Shown: positions 1-10,281 of the stretch, one piece after another
Layout of the letters: every line of letters begins with the position of its first letter
Numbering within the stretch: position 1 is the first letter of the stretch
Assembly (NCBI GenBank): GCA_026129095.1
Contig: JAHCIT010000009.1
Location: 62,001 to 126,000, forward strand
Source: Deltaproteobacteria bacterium
GTDB lineage: Bacteria > JAGRBM01 > JAHCIT01
DNA: 64,000 bases
Reading direction: 5' to 3'
Made by a program: the position numbers and the translations under genes
Notes under the pieces: model-generated
Database searches by the model: none
Seen by the model: only the letters and a program-made list of their open reading frames with translations
Told to the model about the DNA's origin: nothing

Positions 1-1923
1 GGTAAACCCGCCCACCAGAAAGTCATTTGGGGTCTGCGCCCAGAGCGGAAGCCAGAAACGGGGCAGGAACATCGGCCACGGCGAGTAAGGCCGGGGTTCG
101 ACGTTCGCCACGGGGACAACAGGAGGCAGGGGTAACGGCGCCCCGGTCCGGTAATGATGACCGGGAACCGGCATCGCATCCTCCACCCTGACTACCGAAA
201 CCCCCTCGCCACGGCCCAGATACTCCCGGTAAGCGACCCGGCTACCGTCTGGAGAAACCGCTGGGTCGAGTGCACCACCCACGGCATCTGTCAGCTGGCC
301 GGTTTCTCCGGATTGCGGATCAACCACATAGACGTTGAATACCCCGCTCACGTCACTGGAAAAAACGATCCAGCCGTTAGGCAGGAATACCGGCTGGATA
401 TTGCGGGCACCGGTAAAACCGAGAACTGCCTGTTCCTCGAAGGCTGTCGCCTCCATCAGAACCAGCTGAACCACGCCTGCTCGCCGGCGGGCGGCTATGA
501 GATGTTTGCCATCTGGTGAAAACGATGGTGAGGACCAGACTACTCCGGACTCGGCAGCGCGAACGACCACCGGCTCACTGGTGCCATCACCGACCAGAAG
601 TTCCGTGACTGGCGGACGGTTCCGAACGAACGCCCACCGGTTTCCGCCGGGATGAACGGCCGCTTCGAATCCTCGCAGGCCGCCTTCAAATGGCTCCAGT
701 TTCTCCCCCGTCCACCGGAACAGGGAACTCAGGTGAACGCCGGGACGTGGATGCACCACCCGCTCGATCAGCCAGGCGCCGCCCGCTTCAGGCGGTTGCA
801 CAACGCTCCGGAACCGGCCTGGATACCGCATCTCCATGCTGTCCGAATCGATTTCACTGCCCGTATCCGGATCCAGATACCAGGTACGCAATCCCCGGTC
901 AGGATCCAGCCCGCGCACCATGATCCCCTGCCGGAGCCAGCGAAGACCTGTCAGATGACCTTCCAGATTCATTATTGGCAGAGGCGTAGACGGCGGACGC
1001 TTGCTCGCAGCAGCACTGGCCGCCTCGGCACGAAGTTCACGATGCCACGCATCCCATAGTTCCCGGAATCCCCGCCCGCAGACCTGCGAAATGGACTGCT
1101 CAATGAGAAACGGCACCAGTTTACGGGAATGACGGACGACCATCTCTTCCACGGCCCCCTCAGGGCAGGTCCTGTCAAGGTAATCAATGAATGCCGCGCC
1201 ATAGAGATAGGGCCCCAGTCCGCCGGGATATGGCACGCCCAGTACGGAAACCTCATCCGGCTGGGGTAGGGCATTTCTCAGTGCGGCCGCCCGTATCAGG
1301 CCACGCGCCAGCGGGTCCACCACCCGACCTATCCGGCCCGCATTGGCGTTGTCAGGTTTTGATTCCTGCCATACAGCCAGTCCTTCAATGACGAACACCG
1401 GTACGGAAGCCCCGGGAGAACCGAGTCCCGGGGCATTGCCAAAAAGGAACCGGGGGATGCTTGCCCAACCTTCCGTCCGGTCGAGATGGTGAATATGGGT
1501 CAGTTCGTGCCGGACAAGCAGGTCGATCCAGTCGTCATATCCAGACAGATACTCCCCTTCCCGGGGAGCGGACAGGAATATCTGCACCTGAGGATAGGGA
1601 AACGGAACGGCAAACCCATTGGGATCGTCGCTAATATCGTTGACTACAAGCCGGACCGGTGCCGAAGGAATCCAGTTGAAACGTTCGGCCACAAGGCGGG
1701 CCGAGCGTTCCGCACGGGCCAGCACTTCACGGCCCTGGGCCTCATCGCGCTCAGGCACATAAACCCAGACCCGCTCCCCCCGAAGCTCGATCCACGGAAC
1801 GGATGTATCGGGAGGCTCAAAAAGCTCGACTTCCTGCGCCACTGCACGACTGCACGACAGGATCACAACAGCCAAGGGTATCGCCAGAAACGGGACGGCC
1901 AGGCGGAAGCAGGTATTGGACAC
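1..1923 (-). CDS. Secreted/outer-membrane protein with HExxH metallopeptidase-like domain and PD40/TolB-type beta-propeller (partial, runs off the window start)
   Basis: Not in the ORF track because it has no stop in the window. My manual translation of the minus frame from GTG at 1923 gives a signal peptide (..LAVVILSCSRAVAQ), HELTH at 1495-1509, a downstream IEGLAVWQES, and PD40-like repeats (WSSPSFSPDGKH, PAVSPDGSRVAY). Confidence 0.75.
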   Translation of the reverse strand, partial: MSNTCFRLAVPFLAIPLAVVILSCSRAVAQEVELFEPPDTSVPWIELRGERVWVYVPERDEAQGREVLARAERSARLVAERFNWIPSAPVRLVVNDISDDPNGFAVPFPYPQVQIFLSAPREGEYLSGYDDWIDLLVRHELTHIHHLDRTEGWASIPRFLFGNAPGLGSPGASVPVFVIEGLAVWQESKPDNANAGRIGRVVDPLARGLIRAAALRNALPQPDEVSVLGVPYPGGLGPYLYGAAFIDYLDRTCPEGAVEEMVVRHSRKLVPFLIEQSISQVCGRGFRELWDAWHRELRAEAASAAASKRPPSTPLPIMNLEGHLTGLRWLRQGIMVRGLDPDRGLRTWYLDPDTGSEIDSDSMEMRYPGRFRSVVQPPEAGGAWLIERVVHPRPGVHLSSLFRWTGEKLEPFEGGLRGFEAAVHPGGNRWAFVRNRPPVTELLVGDGTSEPVVVRAAESGVVWSSPSFSPDGKHLIAARRRAGVVQLVLMEATAFEEQAVLGFTGARNIQPVFLPNGWIVFSSDVSGVFNVYVVDPQSGETGQLTDAVGGALDPAVSPDGSRVAYREYLGRGEGVSVVRVEDAMPVPGHHYRTGAPLPLPPVVPVANVEPRPYSPWPMFLPRFWLPLWAQTPNDFLVGGFT

Positions 1924-2123
1924 GCGGGAACTATAAAGCTGGCTTTCCAGTGGTCAAACGAACCCCTATTCGTTCCGGGACACAAGTTATGGAAGTGCCG
2001 TTTCCTGGCCCAGTACAGTAGCCCTGCTCCAGTCAGTCAGTGTATCCTTAAAGCCGCATCGGTGAGTATGCGATCCTTGTCCTTTGAGAGCGGTCGCTTT
2101 TATTGTTCTAGCCGACCGGGACG

Positions 2124-3824
2124 TTGAATAGGGGGAGCCGGAACGTGCAGTTCCGACGAAGGTGGCTGGTTGCACTGACAAGCATGGCCTTATGGGCTCA
2201 TGCCGCTGTTTCTGCCATCGCACAGGAACCAGCTCCGACACCACAACGGGTCCGGATTCAGCTCACCCGGCAGGCCATCCGGGAAAAGGCCAAGGTGCAG
2301 ATCGATACCGGCCAGGCTGATCAGGCCCTTCGCAACCTGAACGCTGTCATTGCCAAGTTTCCCAATGACGAAGAAGCCCTCTACCTGATCGGGAGGGCCT
2401 GGGAATCCAAAGACAACATAGACTCGGCAATCCAGTTTTATTCCAAGGCACCAGCAATCAGGGAGGCTCACGCTGCCCTCGCCCGCGTCTATCGTGAAAA
2501 GAAACAGGACATGATCGCTGCCGAACGGGCCGCCGACGTGGGGCTTTCAACATTCCCGGCTTACGTTCCGTTACTGGTGGAAAAAACAATTCTCCTGATC
2601 AACCGGGAACAGTTTGTGCCCGCCGAACAGAAAATACGGCAGGCGATCGCGCTTCCGACCGGTGACACCATTCCAAACAGGTTCTATCTCGGGCAGGCCC
2701 TGTTCGGTCAGAAGAAATACGATGAAGCCAAGCTCGTGTTTACACCCATTGCTGAACAGACGCAGCGTCCCCGGTACGGGCGGGCCGCGAAGGATTACCT
2801 CCAGGCCATCACATTCGAGCAGCGTCCAAAGGCCGGGGCACCCAAAACCGAAGAACCGCCACCAAAGGCATGGTCTTTAAGAGCCCGGATCCGCGGTGAA
2901 TATGACACTAACGTCGCCCTCTACCCGGACGGCGAGAAAATCCCGATCAATCCGGCCAGTCCTTCCGACACTGACGATTTCCGTTTTGTGACAGAGCTGG
3001 GTGGCTCGTTCCGGTTTCATGACGCTGAGAACAGGAGCTTTGGTCTTACAGGGAATGTCTACAACGGACTGATGTTCCGGCTGGATACGTTCCAGACTCT
3101 GGCCATGGGTGGCGGGGTGTACGGACAGTTCAGGGGTGGCCAGGGGATTGGCGAATGGCTGGTCCGGTCATCGGTTGATGCTGCCCTCGCCTTCTACGGG
3201 AAATATGGATCCGACCCTGACGGTCCCGCCAGCAAGCAGTTCCGTGAGTTTGGATATTTTTCACAGACCTACGGGTTCAACAACCGGGGCATATACCGGC
3301 TCACAGCCAACTGGCTCATGAACGGAGGACTCTCCCTTAACTACGCCAAGTTCGCCTCCGACGGCTCCATCCGCGACAGCCTCACCGCCGGCCTGAATGC
3401 GGGCCCGGGTTACGAAAGTGCGCCTGGTGTCGGCGGGTTTCGCGTGGACCTGACTAGCGCGTTTCGTTACCGGAACGCGAAATCCGATGACTACACCTTT
3501 GTCGCCTATGGCGCGGGGCTGACCGGTATCTACCGGCTCATCAAGCAGATCGATTTCGTGGGAGGCATGGTGTTTGACCACCGGAACCATTTCGATTCCG
3601 GCCCTGGCGGTGCAGCCAACTACAGCAAGAAGCGTGCAGACAATAATCTGACCTGGTTCACGGGAACCGAGTGGCGGCTGTTCCAGTCGGGCCATACTAC
3701 CGGGTCCCTGACGCTCACCTATGGCGGGGAAAAGAACCTTTCGACCCTCAACGGAAAGAACGGCAATTCCAATCTCGAATACACCAAGCATGTGATATCA
3801 CTGGGTTTTGGGGTTCAGCTTTGA
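2124..3824 (+). CDS. TPR-containing outer-membrane beta-barrel protein (SLAM/DUF560-like)
   Basis: Signal peptide, TPR helices (EALYLIGRAW, RFYLGQALF), amphipathic beta-strand C-terminal half ending LGFGVQL. True start may be GTG at 2145. Confidence 0.7.
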   Translation: MNRGSRNVQFRRRWLVALTSMALWAHAAVSAIAQEPAPTPQRVRIQLTRQAIREKAKVQIDTGQADQALRNLNAVIAKFPNDEEALYLIGRAWESKDNIDSAIQFYSKAPAIREAHAALARVYREKKQDMIAAERAADVGLSTFPAYVPLLVEKTILLINREQFVPAEQKIRQAIALPTGDTIPNRFYLGQALFGQKKYDEAKLVFTPIAEQTQRPRYGRAAKDYLQAITFEQRPKAGAPKTEEPPPKAWSLRARIRGEYDTNVALYPDGEKIPINPASPSDTDDFRFVTELGGSFRFHDAENRSFGLTGNVYNGLMFRLDTFQTLAMGGGVYGQFRGGQGIGEWLVRSSVDAALAFYGKYGSDPDGPASKQFREFGYFSQTYGFNNRGIYRLTANWLMNGGLSLNYAKFASDGSIRDSLTAGLNAGPGYESAPGVGGFRVDLTSAFRYRNAKSDDYTFVAYGAGLTGIYRLIKQIDFVGGMVFDHRNHFDSGPGGAANYSKKRADNNLTWFTGTEWRLFQSGHTTGSLTLTYGGEKNLSTLNGKNGNSNLEYTKHVISLGFGVQL

Positions 3825-3914
3825 CCCCGGATAGGTGATTCCTGTCACTGACTTATCCGGCTCAATTCGCTAGTATGAACCGCAACTTACGGCCCCGGGG
3901 CAGATCGGAACCTG

Positions 3915-4961
3915 ATGACGTTCACGCATAAGAAACCGTCACACTGGCGGCAATTATTGCCGCTCGCGGGGTTTTTCCTTGCCGTGCTTCTATGGGCTGG
4001 CGAAGCCCATGCCGTCATGGCGGGACGCATCAGTTCAGTACAGGGGGACGTGTCCGTCACGCGACTGGGAGAACTCAATCCCCGCCCGGTCACCCGCATG
4101 ATGGAAATCCATGTCAATGACCAGATCATGACGGGTGCCGATGGCCGTGTGCGTATTCTGCTTGCCGACGATTCCGTTGTGAGCCTCGCGGAAAACTCAC
4201 GGCTGCGCGTCAGCCGTCATATCTATAATCCTGCGGCCCGCCAGCGCGAATCGGTCATTGATCTTTATCGTGGGCGCGTGCGGTCGGTCGTCTCCCGGTT
4301 CCTGAACACACAGATGAACCGGTTCGAGGTCCGGACCCCGACGGCGGTCGCAGGAGTTCGTGGTTCAGACCAGGTCGTCGAATATGATCCGAATTCCGGC
4401 AACACCCAGGTCACCATGCTGTCTGGAACCGGGTATGTCTCTGGACTGAATGGCGACAATTTCACGACGGTCGATTCCAATGAGACGGCAAACGGCAGCG
4501 GAAGAGTCGGCTTTACTATTACCGCACTCTCCGAAAGCGATGCATCGGAAGCCGGCGAAGGCTTTGATACCGAGCAGTCCTCAGACTCCCCGCCACCGAC
4601 TGCCAGCAATACTGGCGACAGTGAACAGAGTTCCGGGGGGGAGGAAAGTCAGTCAGGTACTGGAGGGGATGATGGCCCTGCCACCACCGTGCTGGCTTCA
4701 AATGACAGTTCAGGAAGCGGAGAAGGGAGCGCCGATACTCCTTCCGCCGAAGGTGGCGGAGATTCCGCCCAGCAGGAAGAAGAAGGCTCAGGTGGCGGAA
4801 GCGAAAGCAGTGATGCCGTCGCCAGTGACGACAGCCCGCCACCTCCCAGCGGTCTATCGGAAAGCGACTTCTCGATTCCCGCACCCGACGTCATACCAAT
4901 CAGTATCGAACCACCGGCCGCGCTGTCGAACATCCGGGTCGTCATTACCCTGCCCGACTGA
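3915..4961 (+). CDS. Exported FecR-domain protein with acidic Ser/Gly-rich tail
   Basis: Signal peptide ending AHA; FecR motifs TGADGRVRILLADDS and FEVRTPTAVAGVRGS; low-complexity acidic C-terminus. Confidence 0.8.
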   Translation: MTFTHKKPSHWRQLLPLAGFFLAVLLWAGEAHAVMAGRISSVQGDVSVTRLGELNPRPVTRMMEIHVNDQIMTGADGRVRILLADDSVVSLAENSRLRVSRHIYNPAARQRESVIDLYRGRVRSVVSRFLNTQMNRFEVRTPTAVAGVRGSDQVVEYDPNSGNTQVTMLSGTGYVSGLNGDNFTTVDSNETANGSGRVGFTITALSESDASEAGEGFDTEQSSDSPPPTASNTGDSEQSSGGEESQSGTGGDDGPATTVLASNDSSGSGEGSADTPSAEGGGDSAQQEEEGSGGGSESSDAVASDDSPPPPSGLSESDFSIPAPDVIPISIEPPAALSNIRVVITLPD

Positions 4962-5122
4962 GCGGTTTTCCCTCACATCTCCACCCATACATGCAGGTCT
5001 TGTATCCTGCCATCCATCCCTTGACTCGCACGTCAATTTCGCAGATTAAACACAGATAGGCGGGCTCCATGCGGTTCCATGCCGTATGCCCCGCCCACTA
5101 CAGCGAACGAGAAGGCCCGCCG

Positions 5123-7276
5123 ATGACCAAGCCTGCCAACATCGAACTCTGGAAGAAACTGGCCCAGAAGGAACTGAAGGACGTCCCCCTGGACTCTCTC
5201 TCGCGGGAGACGCCGGAAGGCATCGCCGTCAAGCCGCTTTATACGGCCGAAGATCTGGAGAAACTGGAAGACCTCAATTCGATACCGGGGGCATTCCCGT
5301 TTACCCGCGGCCCCCGGGCGACGATGTATGCCTACCGCCCCTGGACGGTCCGGCAGTATGCGGGGTTCTCAACGGCCGAAGAATCCAACGCCTTCTACCG
5401 GCGGAACCTCGCCGCCGGCCAGATGGGCCTTTCGGTGGCATTCGATCTCGCCACACACCGGGGCTATGATTCCGACCACCCGCGCGTTTCAGGAGACGTG
5501 GGCAAGGCTGGTGTCGCCATCGATTCGGTGGAGGACATGAAAATCCTCTTTGACGGCATCCCGCTGGACAAGATGTCGGTCTCCATGACCATGAACGGGG
5601 CCGTGCTGCCGGTACTTGCCAGCTATATCGTCGCTGCCGAAGAACAGGGCGTTCCGCAGGAGAAGCTCTCCGGTACCATCCAGAACGACATCCTCAAGGA
5701 GTTCATGGTCCGGAACACCTATATCTATCCGCCCGCACCTTCCATGCGGATCATCGCGGATATTATCGAGTACACCGCCCGGAACATGCCGAAGTTCAAC
5801 TCCATCTCGATCTCCGGCTATCACATGCAGGAAGCCGGGGCGACTGCCGTCCAGGAACTCGCTTTTACCATTGCCGATGGCCTCGAGTACGTCCGTTCGG
5901 CCCTCTCCAAGGGCCTCAACGTGGACGAATTTGCCGGACGCCTCTCGTTCTTCTTCGGGATTGGCATGAACTTCTTCATGGAGATCGCCAAGCTCCGGGC
6001 CGCGCGGTACCTGTGGGCCAATCTGATGAAAAGGCAGTTCAGCCCCCAGAAGGACAGTTCCCTCATGCTCCGGACCCACTGCCAGACGTCCGGCTGGTCA
6101 CTGGCAGCCAGGGATCCGTACAATAACGTCATACGGACAACGATCGAGGCCATGGCAGCCGTTCTGGGTGGAACGCAATCACTCCACACCAATGCACTGG
6201 ACGAGGCGCTCGCGCTGCCCACCGACAACTCCGCACGTATAGCCCGGAACACCCAGCTCATTATCCAGGAGGAAACCCGGATTACCGACGTGGTGGACCC
6301 GCTCGCCGGCTCCTACTACGTGGAGGCACTCACGCACGCCCTGGTCGTCCACGCCGGAAAGCTGATCGACGAGGTGGAAGCCATCGGCGGCATGGCCAAG
6401 GCGATCGAAAGCGGCATGCCGAAAATGAAGATCGAGGAGTCGGCCGCCCGCCGCCAGGCCCGGATCGACTCTGGCGAGGAAACCATCGTCGGCGTGAATA
6501 AATACACGCTCGAAAGGGAAGATACGGTCGATATTCTCGACATCGACAATGAAAAGGTCCGCCGCCAGCAGATCGAGCGAATCCAGCGGATGAAGAAGTC
6601 CCGCGACGCGGCCGCCTGCCAGGCTGCCCTCGATGCGCTCACCAGATGCGCCCAGTCGGGAGACGGCAATCTTTTGGACCTTGCTGTCAAGGCCGCCCGC
6701 GCACGGGCCACTGGCGGCGAGATATCCGACGCGCTTGAAAAGGTCTGGGGCCGGTACAACGCTACGATCCGGAGCATTTCCGGCGTGTACGGCGCATCTT
6801 ACCGGAGCGGCGAGGAGTTTGTCGCGGCCAAGGCTGCCGTCGACGCTTTCGCCAAGCGCGAGGGACGTCGCCCGCGCATTCTTGTCGCCAAGCTGGGCCA
6901 GGACGGACATGATCGCGGGGCGAAGGTGATCGCCACGGCTTTTGCCGATCTCGGCTTCGACGTGGATATCGGCCCCCTTTTCCAGATGCCTTCGGAGGCT
7001 GCCCGGCAGGCAGTCGAAAACGACGTGCATGTGGTGGGTATCTCGTCCCAGGCCGCCGGCCACAAGACGCTCGTCCCAGAACTTATCGAAGAGCTTAAGA
7101 AAGCCGGTGCGAAGGATGTCGTCGTGGTGTGTGGCGGTGTCATCCCCCCCCAGGACTACGACTTCCTGCACAAGGCCGGTGTGGCGGCGGTATTTGGCCC
7201 CGGAACGAATATCCCGCAGGCCGCCCAGACAGTGCTCGCCGCTATCGACAAACACCGTCAGAAACTGGCAAGCTAA
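5123..7276 (+). CDS. scpA: Methylmalonyl-CoA mutase (B12-dependent)
   Basis: [16 protein letters not shown] and the B12-binding motif [10 protein letters not shown]; start set at MTKPANIEL. Confidence 0.97.
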   Translation: MTKPANIELWKKLAQKELKDVPLDSLSRETPEGIAVKPLYTAEDLEKLEDLNSIPGAFPFTRGPRATMYAYRPWTVRQYAGFSTAEESNAFYRRNLAAGQMGLSVAFDLATHRGYDSDHPRVSGDVGKAGVAIDSVEDMKILFDGIPLDKMSVSMTMNGAVLPVLASYIVAAEEQGVPQEKLSGTIQNDILKEFMVRNTYIYPPAPSMRIIADIIEYTARNMPKFNSISISGYHMQEAGATAVQELAFTIADGLEYVRSALSKGLNVDEFAGRLSFFFGIGMNFFMEIAKLRAARYLWANLMKRQFSPQKDSSLMLRTHCQTSGWSLAARDPYNNVIRTTIEAMAAVLGGTQSLHTNALDEALALPTDNSARIARNTQLIIQEETRITDVVDPLAGSYYVEALTHALVVHAGKLIDEVEAIGGMAKAIESGMPKMKIEESAARRQARIDSGEETIVGVNKYTLEREDTVDILDIDNEKVRRQQIERIQRMKKSRDAAACQAALDALTRCAQSGDGNLLDLAVKAARARATGGEISDALEKVWGRYNATIRSISGVYGASYRSGEEFVAAKAAVDAFAKREGRRPRILVAKLGQDGHDRGAKVIATAFADLGFDVDIGPLFQMPSEAARQAVENDVHVVGISSQAAGHKTLVPELIEELKKAGAKDVVVVCGGVIPPQDYDFLHKAGVAAVFGPGTNIPQAAQTVLAAIDKHRQKLAS

Positions 7277-7306
7277 CGGGGACTGCGGTTGGTCAGGCCG
7301 CCCCTT

Positions 7307-8302
7307 ATGCCGGAATTCACTCTCGAAGACTATGTAAACGGTGTCCGGACTGGCGACCGCCGTATCCTGGCCAAGGCGATCACCCTGATCGAAAGTCTCA
7401 GGGCTGACGACAGCCGCATGGCGCGTGATCTTCTGGACCGCATTCACCCCTTTACAGGCAATGCCGCCCGGGTTGGCATTACCGGGGTTCCCGGTGCCGG
7501 GAAAAGCACCTTCATCGATGCATTCGGTCTGCATCTCACCAGCAAGGGGCACAAGGTCGCGGTGCTCGCGGTTGATCCTTCGAGCAGCGTCTCGGGTGGA
7601 TCAATCCTTGGCGACAAGACCCGTATGGAACGGCTCACCTTGGACCCGAATGCGTTTATCCGGCCGTCTCCATCGGGTGGTGCGCTTGGCGGTGTGGCCC
7701 GGAAAACCCGCGAAACCATGATGCTGTGCGAGGCTGCCGGTTTCGATGTGATACTGGTGGAAACCGTGGGTGTTGGGCAGTCGGAAACTGCCGTTGCCTC
7801 AATGGTGGATTTCTTCCTAGTCCTGATGATCGCCGGAGCCGGCGACGAACTTCAGGGAATCAAGAAAGGCATCATTGAGCTGGCCGACGGGCTGGTCGTG
7901 AACAAGGCAGACGGAGACAACCGTGAGCGGGCGCTCAAGGCCCGTGCAGAATACGAAAACGCCCTCCACCTGCTCCAGCCCTCAAATGACAGTTGGGCGC
8001 CGCACGTGCTCGCCGCCAGCGCCATCGAGGGAACCGGAATCCCCGAGGTGTGGGAGATGATCCTTCAATACCGGAAACTGATGACGGAAACCGGCGGCCT
8101 TACCACCAAGCGCCGACAGCAGGCCCTCGACTGGATGTGGAACGTAATCGACGATGGCCTGCAGCGCCGTTTCCGCGAGGACAGTATGATCGCCCCACTG
8201 GCTGCTGCTGCCGAACGGCAGGTTCTCGCCGGGGAACGTTCACCCACTGCAGCCGCCATTGATCTGCTGGAAAAGTTCCATCCGTCCGCAAAAAAGACCT
8301 GA
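7307..8302 (+). CDS. meaB: Methylmalonyl-CoA mutase-associated GTPase MeaB/ArgK
   Basis: P-loop GITGVPGAGKST, GDKTRM, ETVGVGQSE, NKAD; directly follows the mutase. Confidence 0.95.
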   Translation: MPEFTLEDYVNGVRTGDRRILAKAITLIESLRADDSRMARDLLDRIHPFTGNAARVGITGVPGAGKSTFIDAFGLHLTSKGHKVAVLAVDPSSSVSGGSILGDKTRMERLTLDPNAFIRPSPSGGALGGVARKTRETMMLCEAAGFDVILVETVGVGQSETAVASMVDFFLVLMIAGAGDELQGIKKGIIELADGLVVNKADGDNRERALKARAEYENALHLLQPSNDSWAPHVLAASAIEGTGIPEVWEMILQYRKLMTETGGLTTKRRQQALDWMWNVIDDGLQRRFREDSMIAPLAAAAERQVLAGERSPTAAAIDLLEKFHPSAKKT

Positions 8303-8315
8303 CGGCTGCTCCTCA

Positions 8316-8612
8316 TCAAGCGGCCTGAAGAGTGCCAGAGCCCCCCGCGATGGCAGGGACGATCCCCACCTCGTCACCGTCCTTCACCGGCGTGTCGATG
8401 GACTCCATGAACCGGACATCCTCGTCATTGAGAAAGATATTGACGAACTTCCGCAACTTTCCATTCTCGTCGCAGATCCGGTCCTTGAGTCCGGGGTGGT
8501 TCCTGTCGAGATCGTCGATGATCGCCTTGATTGTCCCGCCGCTGGCGGAGACCTCGGCCTGGTTGGCGGTGTACTTGCGCAAAGGTGTGGGAATACGAAC
8601 CTTGATTGCCAC
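8316..8612 (-). CDS. MoaD/ThiS/CysO-family ubiquitin-like sulfur carrier with C-terminal extension
   Basis: VRIPTPLRKYT...FVNIFLNDEDVRF...DGDEVGIVPAIAGG followed by SGTLQAA; GTG start at 8612 with AAGGAG RBS. Confidence 0.85.
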   Translation of the reverse strand: MAIKVRIPTPLRKYTANQAEVSASGGTIKAIIDDLDRNHPGLKDRICDENGKLRKFVNIFLNDEDVRFMESIDTPVKDGDEVGIVPAIAGGSGTLQAA

Positions 8613-8930
8613 GGACGTAAAACTCCTTAGGGAAATAAAAACGGGGCCGCTCACCCGCCCATATCAGGTGCGACACGCATGTCACAAACCGGGGGCTGCG
8701 GGCAATGGGGGTGTTCAGATGACTGCAATTGATGGGGTTTTTCTCCTGTCATGGACGCAAAACTATCCGATTGACGCGCCAGTCAAAATCGGGATAAATA
8801 GGCCGCTGGACTGAACGGCGATTCAGTCGGCCGGATGTGGCCGGCGGACACGACAGTCACTACCCGGACGTGGGCGGCACGGTTTCAATCGCGAAACCCC
8901 GCACACTCCATCCAAGGAGTCACTCAAGTC

Positions 8931-10169
8931 ATGCCGGAAGCATATATTCTCGGAGCCACCCGCACTGCCATGGGCAAGAAGAAGGGAACCCTCAAGGAAA
9001 CCCACCCGATGGATCTCGCCGTCACGGCCCTGAACGGCCTCAAGGACCAGTGCAAGCTGAATAACGAAACCCTGAAGCAGATCGACGACGTGATCATGGG
9101 CTGCGTCACCCAGACGGGCGAGCAGGGGACGAACATCTCCCGCGGCGCGGTGCTGGCGGCCGGCTGGCCGATCGAGGTGTCGGGCGTCACGATCAACCGG
9201 TTCTGCGGTTCAGGCCAGCAGGCGGTCAATTTCGCAGCGCAGGCGGTGATGTCGGGCGCGCAGGACCTGGTGGTCGGCGCCGGTGTGGAGCACATGACCC
9301 GGGCCCCGATGGGCGCCGACATGGGCCCACCAGCCCGCTCCCTGCTCTCCAAGTATTCGCTCGTGCCGCAGGGCGTCTCTGCCGAGATGATCGCCGAGAA
9401 GTGGAAGTTCACCCGCCAGCAACTCGACGAATTCTCCCTCAAGTCGCAGCAGAACGCCCACAAGGCAATCAGCGGCGGCCACTTCCGGAACGAGATTACC
9501 CCGCTCAAGGTGAAGGTGGACCAGGGCACGGCTGACGCCTACAAGGCCCACCTCCTCAAGTTCATGCCCGAAGCCGAGGCGGCCAAACGGTTCGGCGAGG
9601 CGAAAGATGGCAAGGTGGAAGTCACCTTCGATACCGACGAGCATCCGCGCCCGGAAACGACGCTGGAGGGCCTCGCCAAGCTGAAGCTGGTCTTCAAGCC
9701 GACTGGCGTCATCCACGCAGGCAACTCGTCCGGTATCGTGGACGGGGCCTCGGCCGTCCTCATCGGCACCGAGCAGAAGGCCAAGGAACTGGGTCTCAAA
9801 CCCCGTGCCCGTATCGTGGCGATGGCGGTGGCCGGTTCCGAACCGGTCATCATGCTCACCGGCCCTATTCCAGCCACGCAGAAGTGCCTCAAGAAGGCTG
9901 GCATGAAGATCGACCAGATCGACGTCATCGAGATCAACGAGGCATTCGCGCCGGTTCCGCTCTGCACGATCCAGGACACGGGCATGGACCCGGCCAGGGT
10001 GAATGTGAACGGCGGCGCCATCGCCCTCGGCCATCCGCTCGGCGCAACCGGCTCCCGGCTCATCGCGACGCTGGTGAACGAGCTTGAGCGCAGCCAGAAG
10101 CGCTATGGCCTTGCGACCATGTGCATCGGCTTTGGCATGGGCATCACGACGATCATCGAACGCGTGTAA
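8931..10169 (+). CDS. Acetyl-CoA C-acyltransferase (thiolase)
   Basis: NRFCGSG, NEAF, GHPLGATG and MCIGFGMG motifs; AAGGAG RBS before MPEAYIL. Confidence 0.95.
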   Translation: MPEAYILGATRTAMGKKKGTLKETHPMDLAVTALNGLKDQCKLNNETLKQIDDVIMGCVTQTGEQGTNISRGAVLAAGWPIEVSGVTINRFCGSGQQAVNFAAQAVMSGAQDLVVGAGVEHMTRAPMGADMGPPARSLLSKYSLVPQGVSAEMIAEKWKFTRQQLDEFSLKSQQNAHKAISGGHFRNEITPLKVKVDQGTADAYKAHLLKFMPEAEAAKRFGEAKDGKVEVTFDTDEHPRPETTLEGLAKLKLVFKPTGVIHAGNSSGIVDGASAVLIGTEQKAKELGLKPRARIVAMAVAGSEPVIMLTGPIPATQKCLKKAGMKIDQIDVIEINEAFAPVPLCTIQDTGMDPARVNVNGGAIALGHPLGATGSRLIATLVNELERSQKRYGLATMCIGFGMGITTIIERV

Positions 10170-10194
10170 TTACGGCCTGATGGCCGCTATCCAG

Positions 10195-10236
10195 AACAGG
10201 GCGCCGGTTCCTTCCATGGGACCGGCGTTTCTGTTT
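10195..10236 (+). terminator. Probable Rho-independent terminator after the thiolase
   Basis: GCGCCGGTTCC...GGGACCGGCGT stem followed by TTCTGTTT. Confidence 0.6.
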
Positions 10237-10281
10237 GCCGTTCCGGCAGAGCCGGTGTCACAATCCGGCGCAGGAGATCGT

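Noticed and set aside
328-339. 11-12 nt matches of spacers elsewhere (spacer 3 at 328-339 and 24141-24151; spacer 1 at 43866-43876)
   Set aside because: They are internal to the spacers with mismatched PAM-proximal bases, so they reflect chance background. They also temper the 13-nt seed finding.
154-2127. Plus-strand ORFs at the window start
   Set aside because: They lie antisense to the motif-bearing minus-strand CDS at 1-1923.
6179-7552. Long antisense ORFs (also 11179-12411 +, 16956-18071 -, 20022-21224 -, 47457-48947 -, 51849-53375 -, 59104-60174 -)
   Set aside because: Shadow frames of well-supported genes, expected in high-GC DNA; no recognisable motifs.
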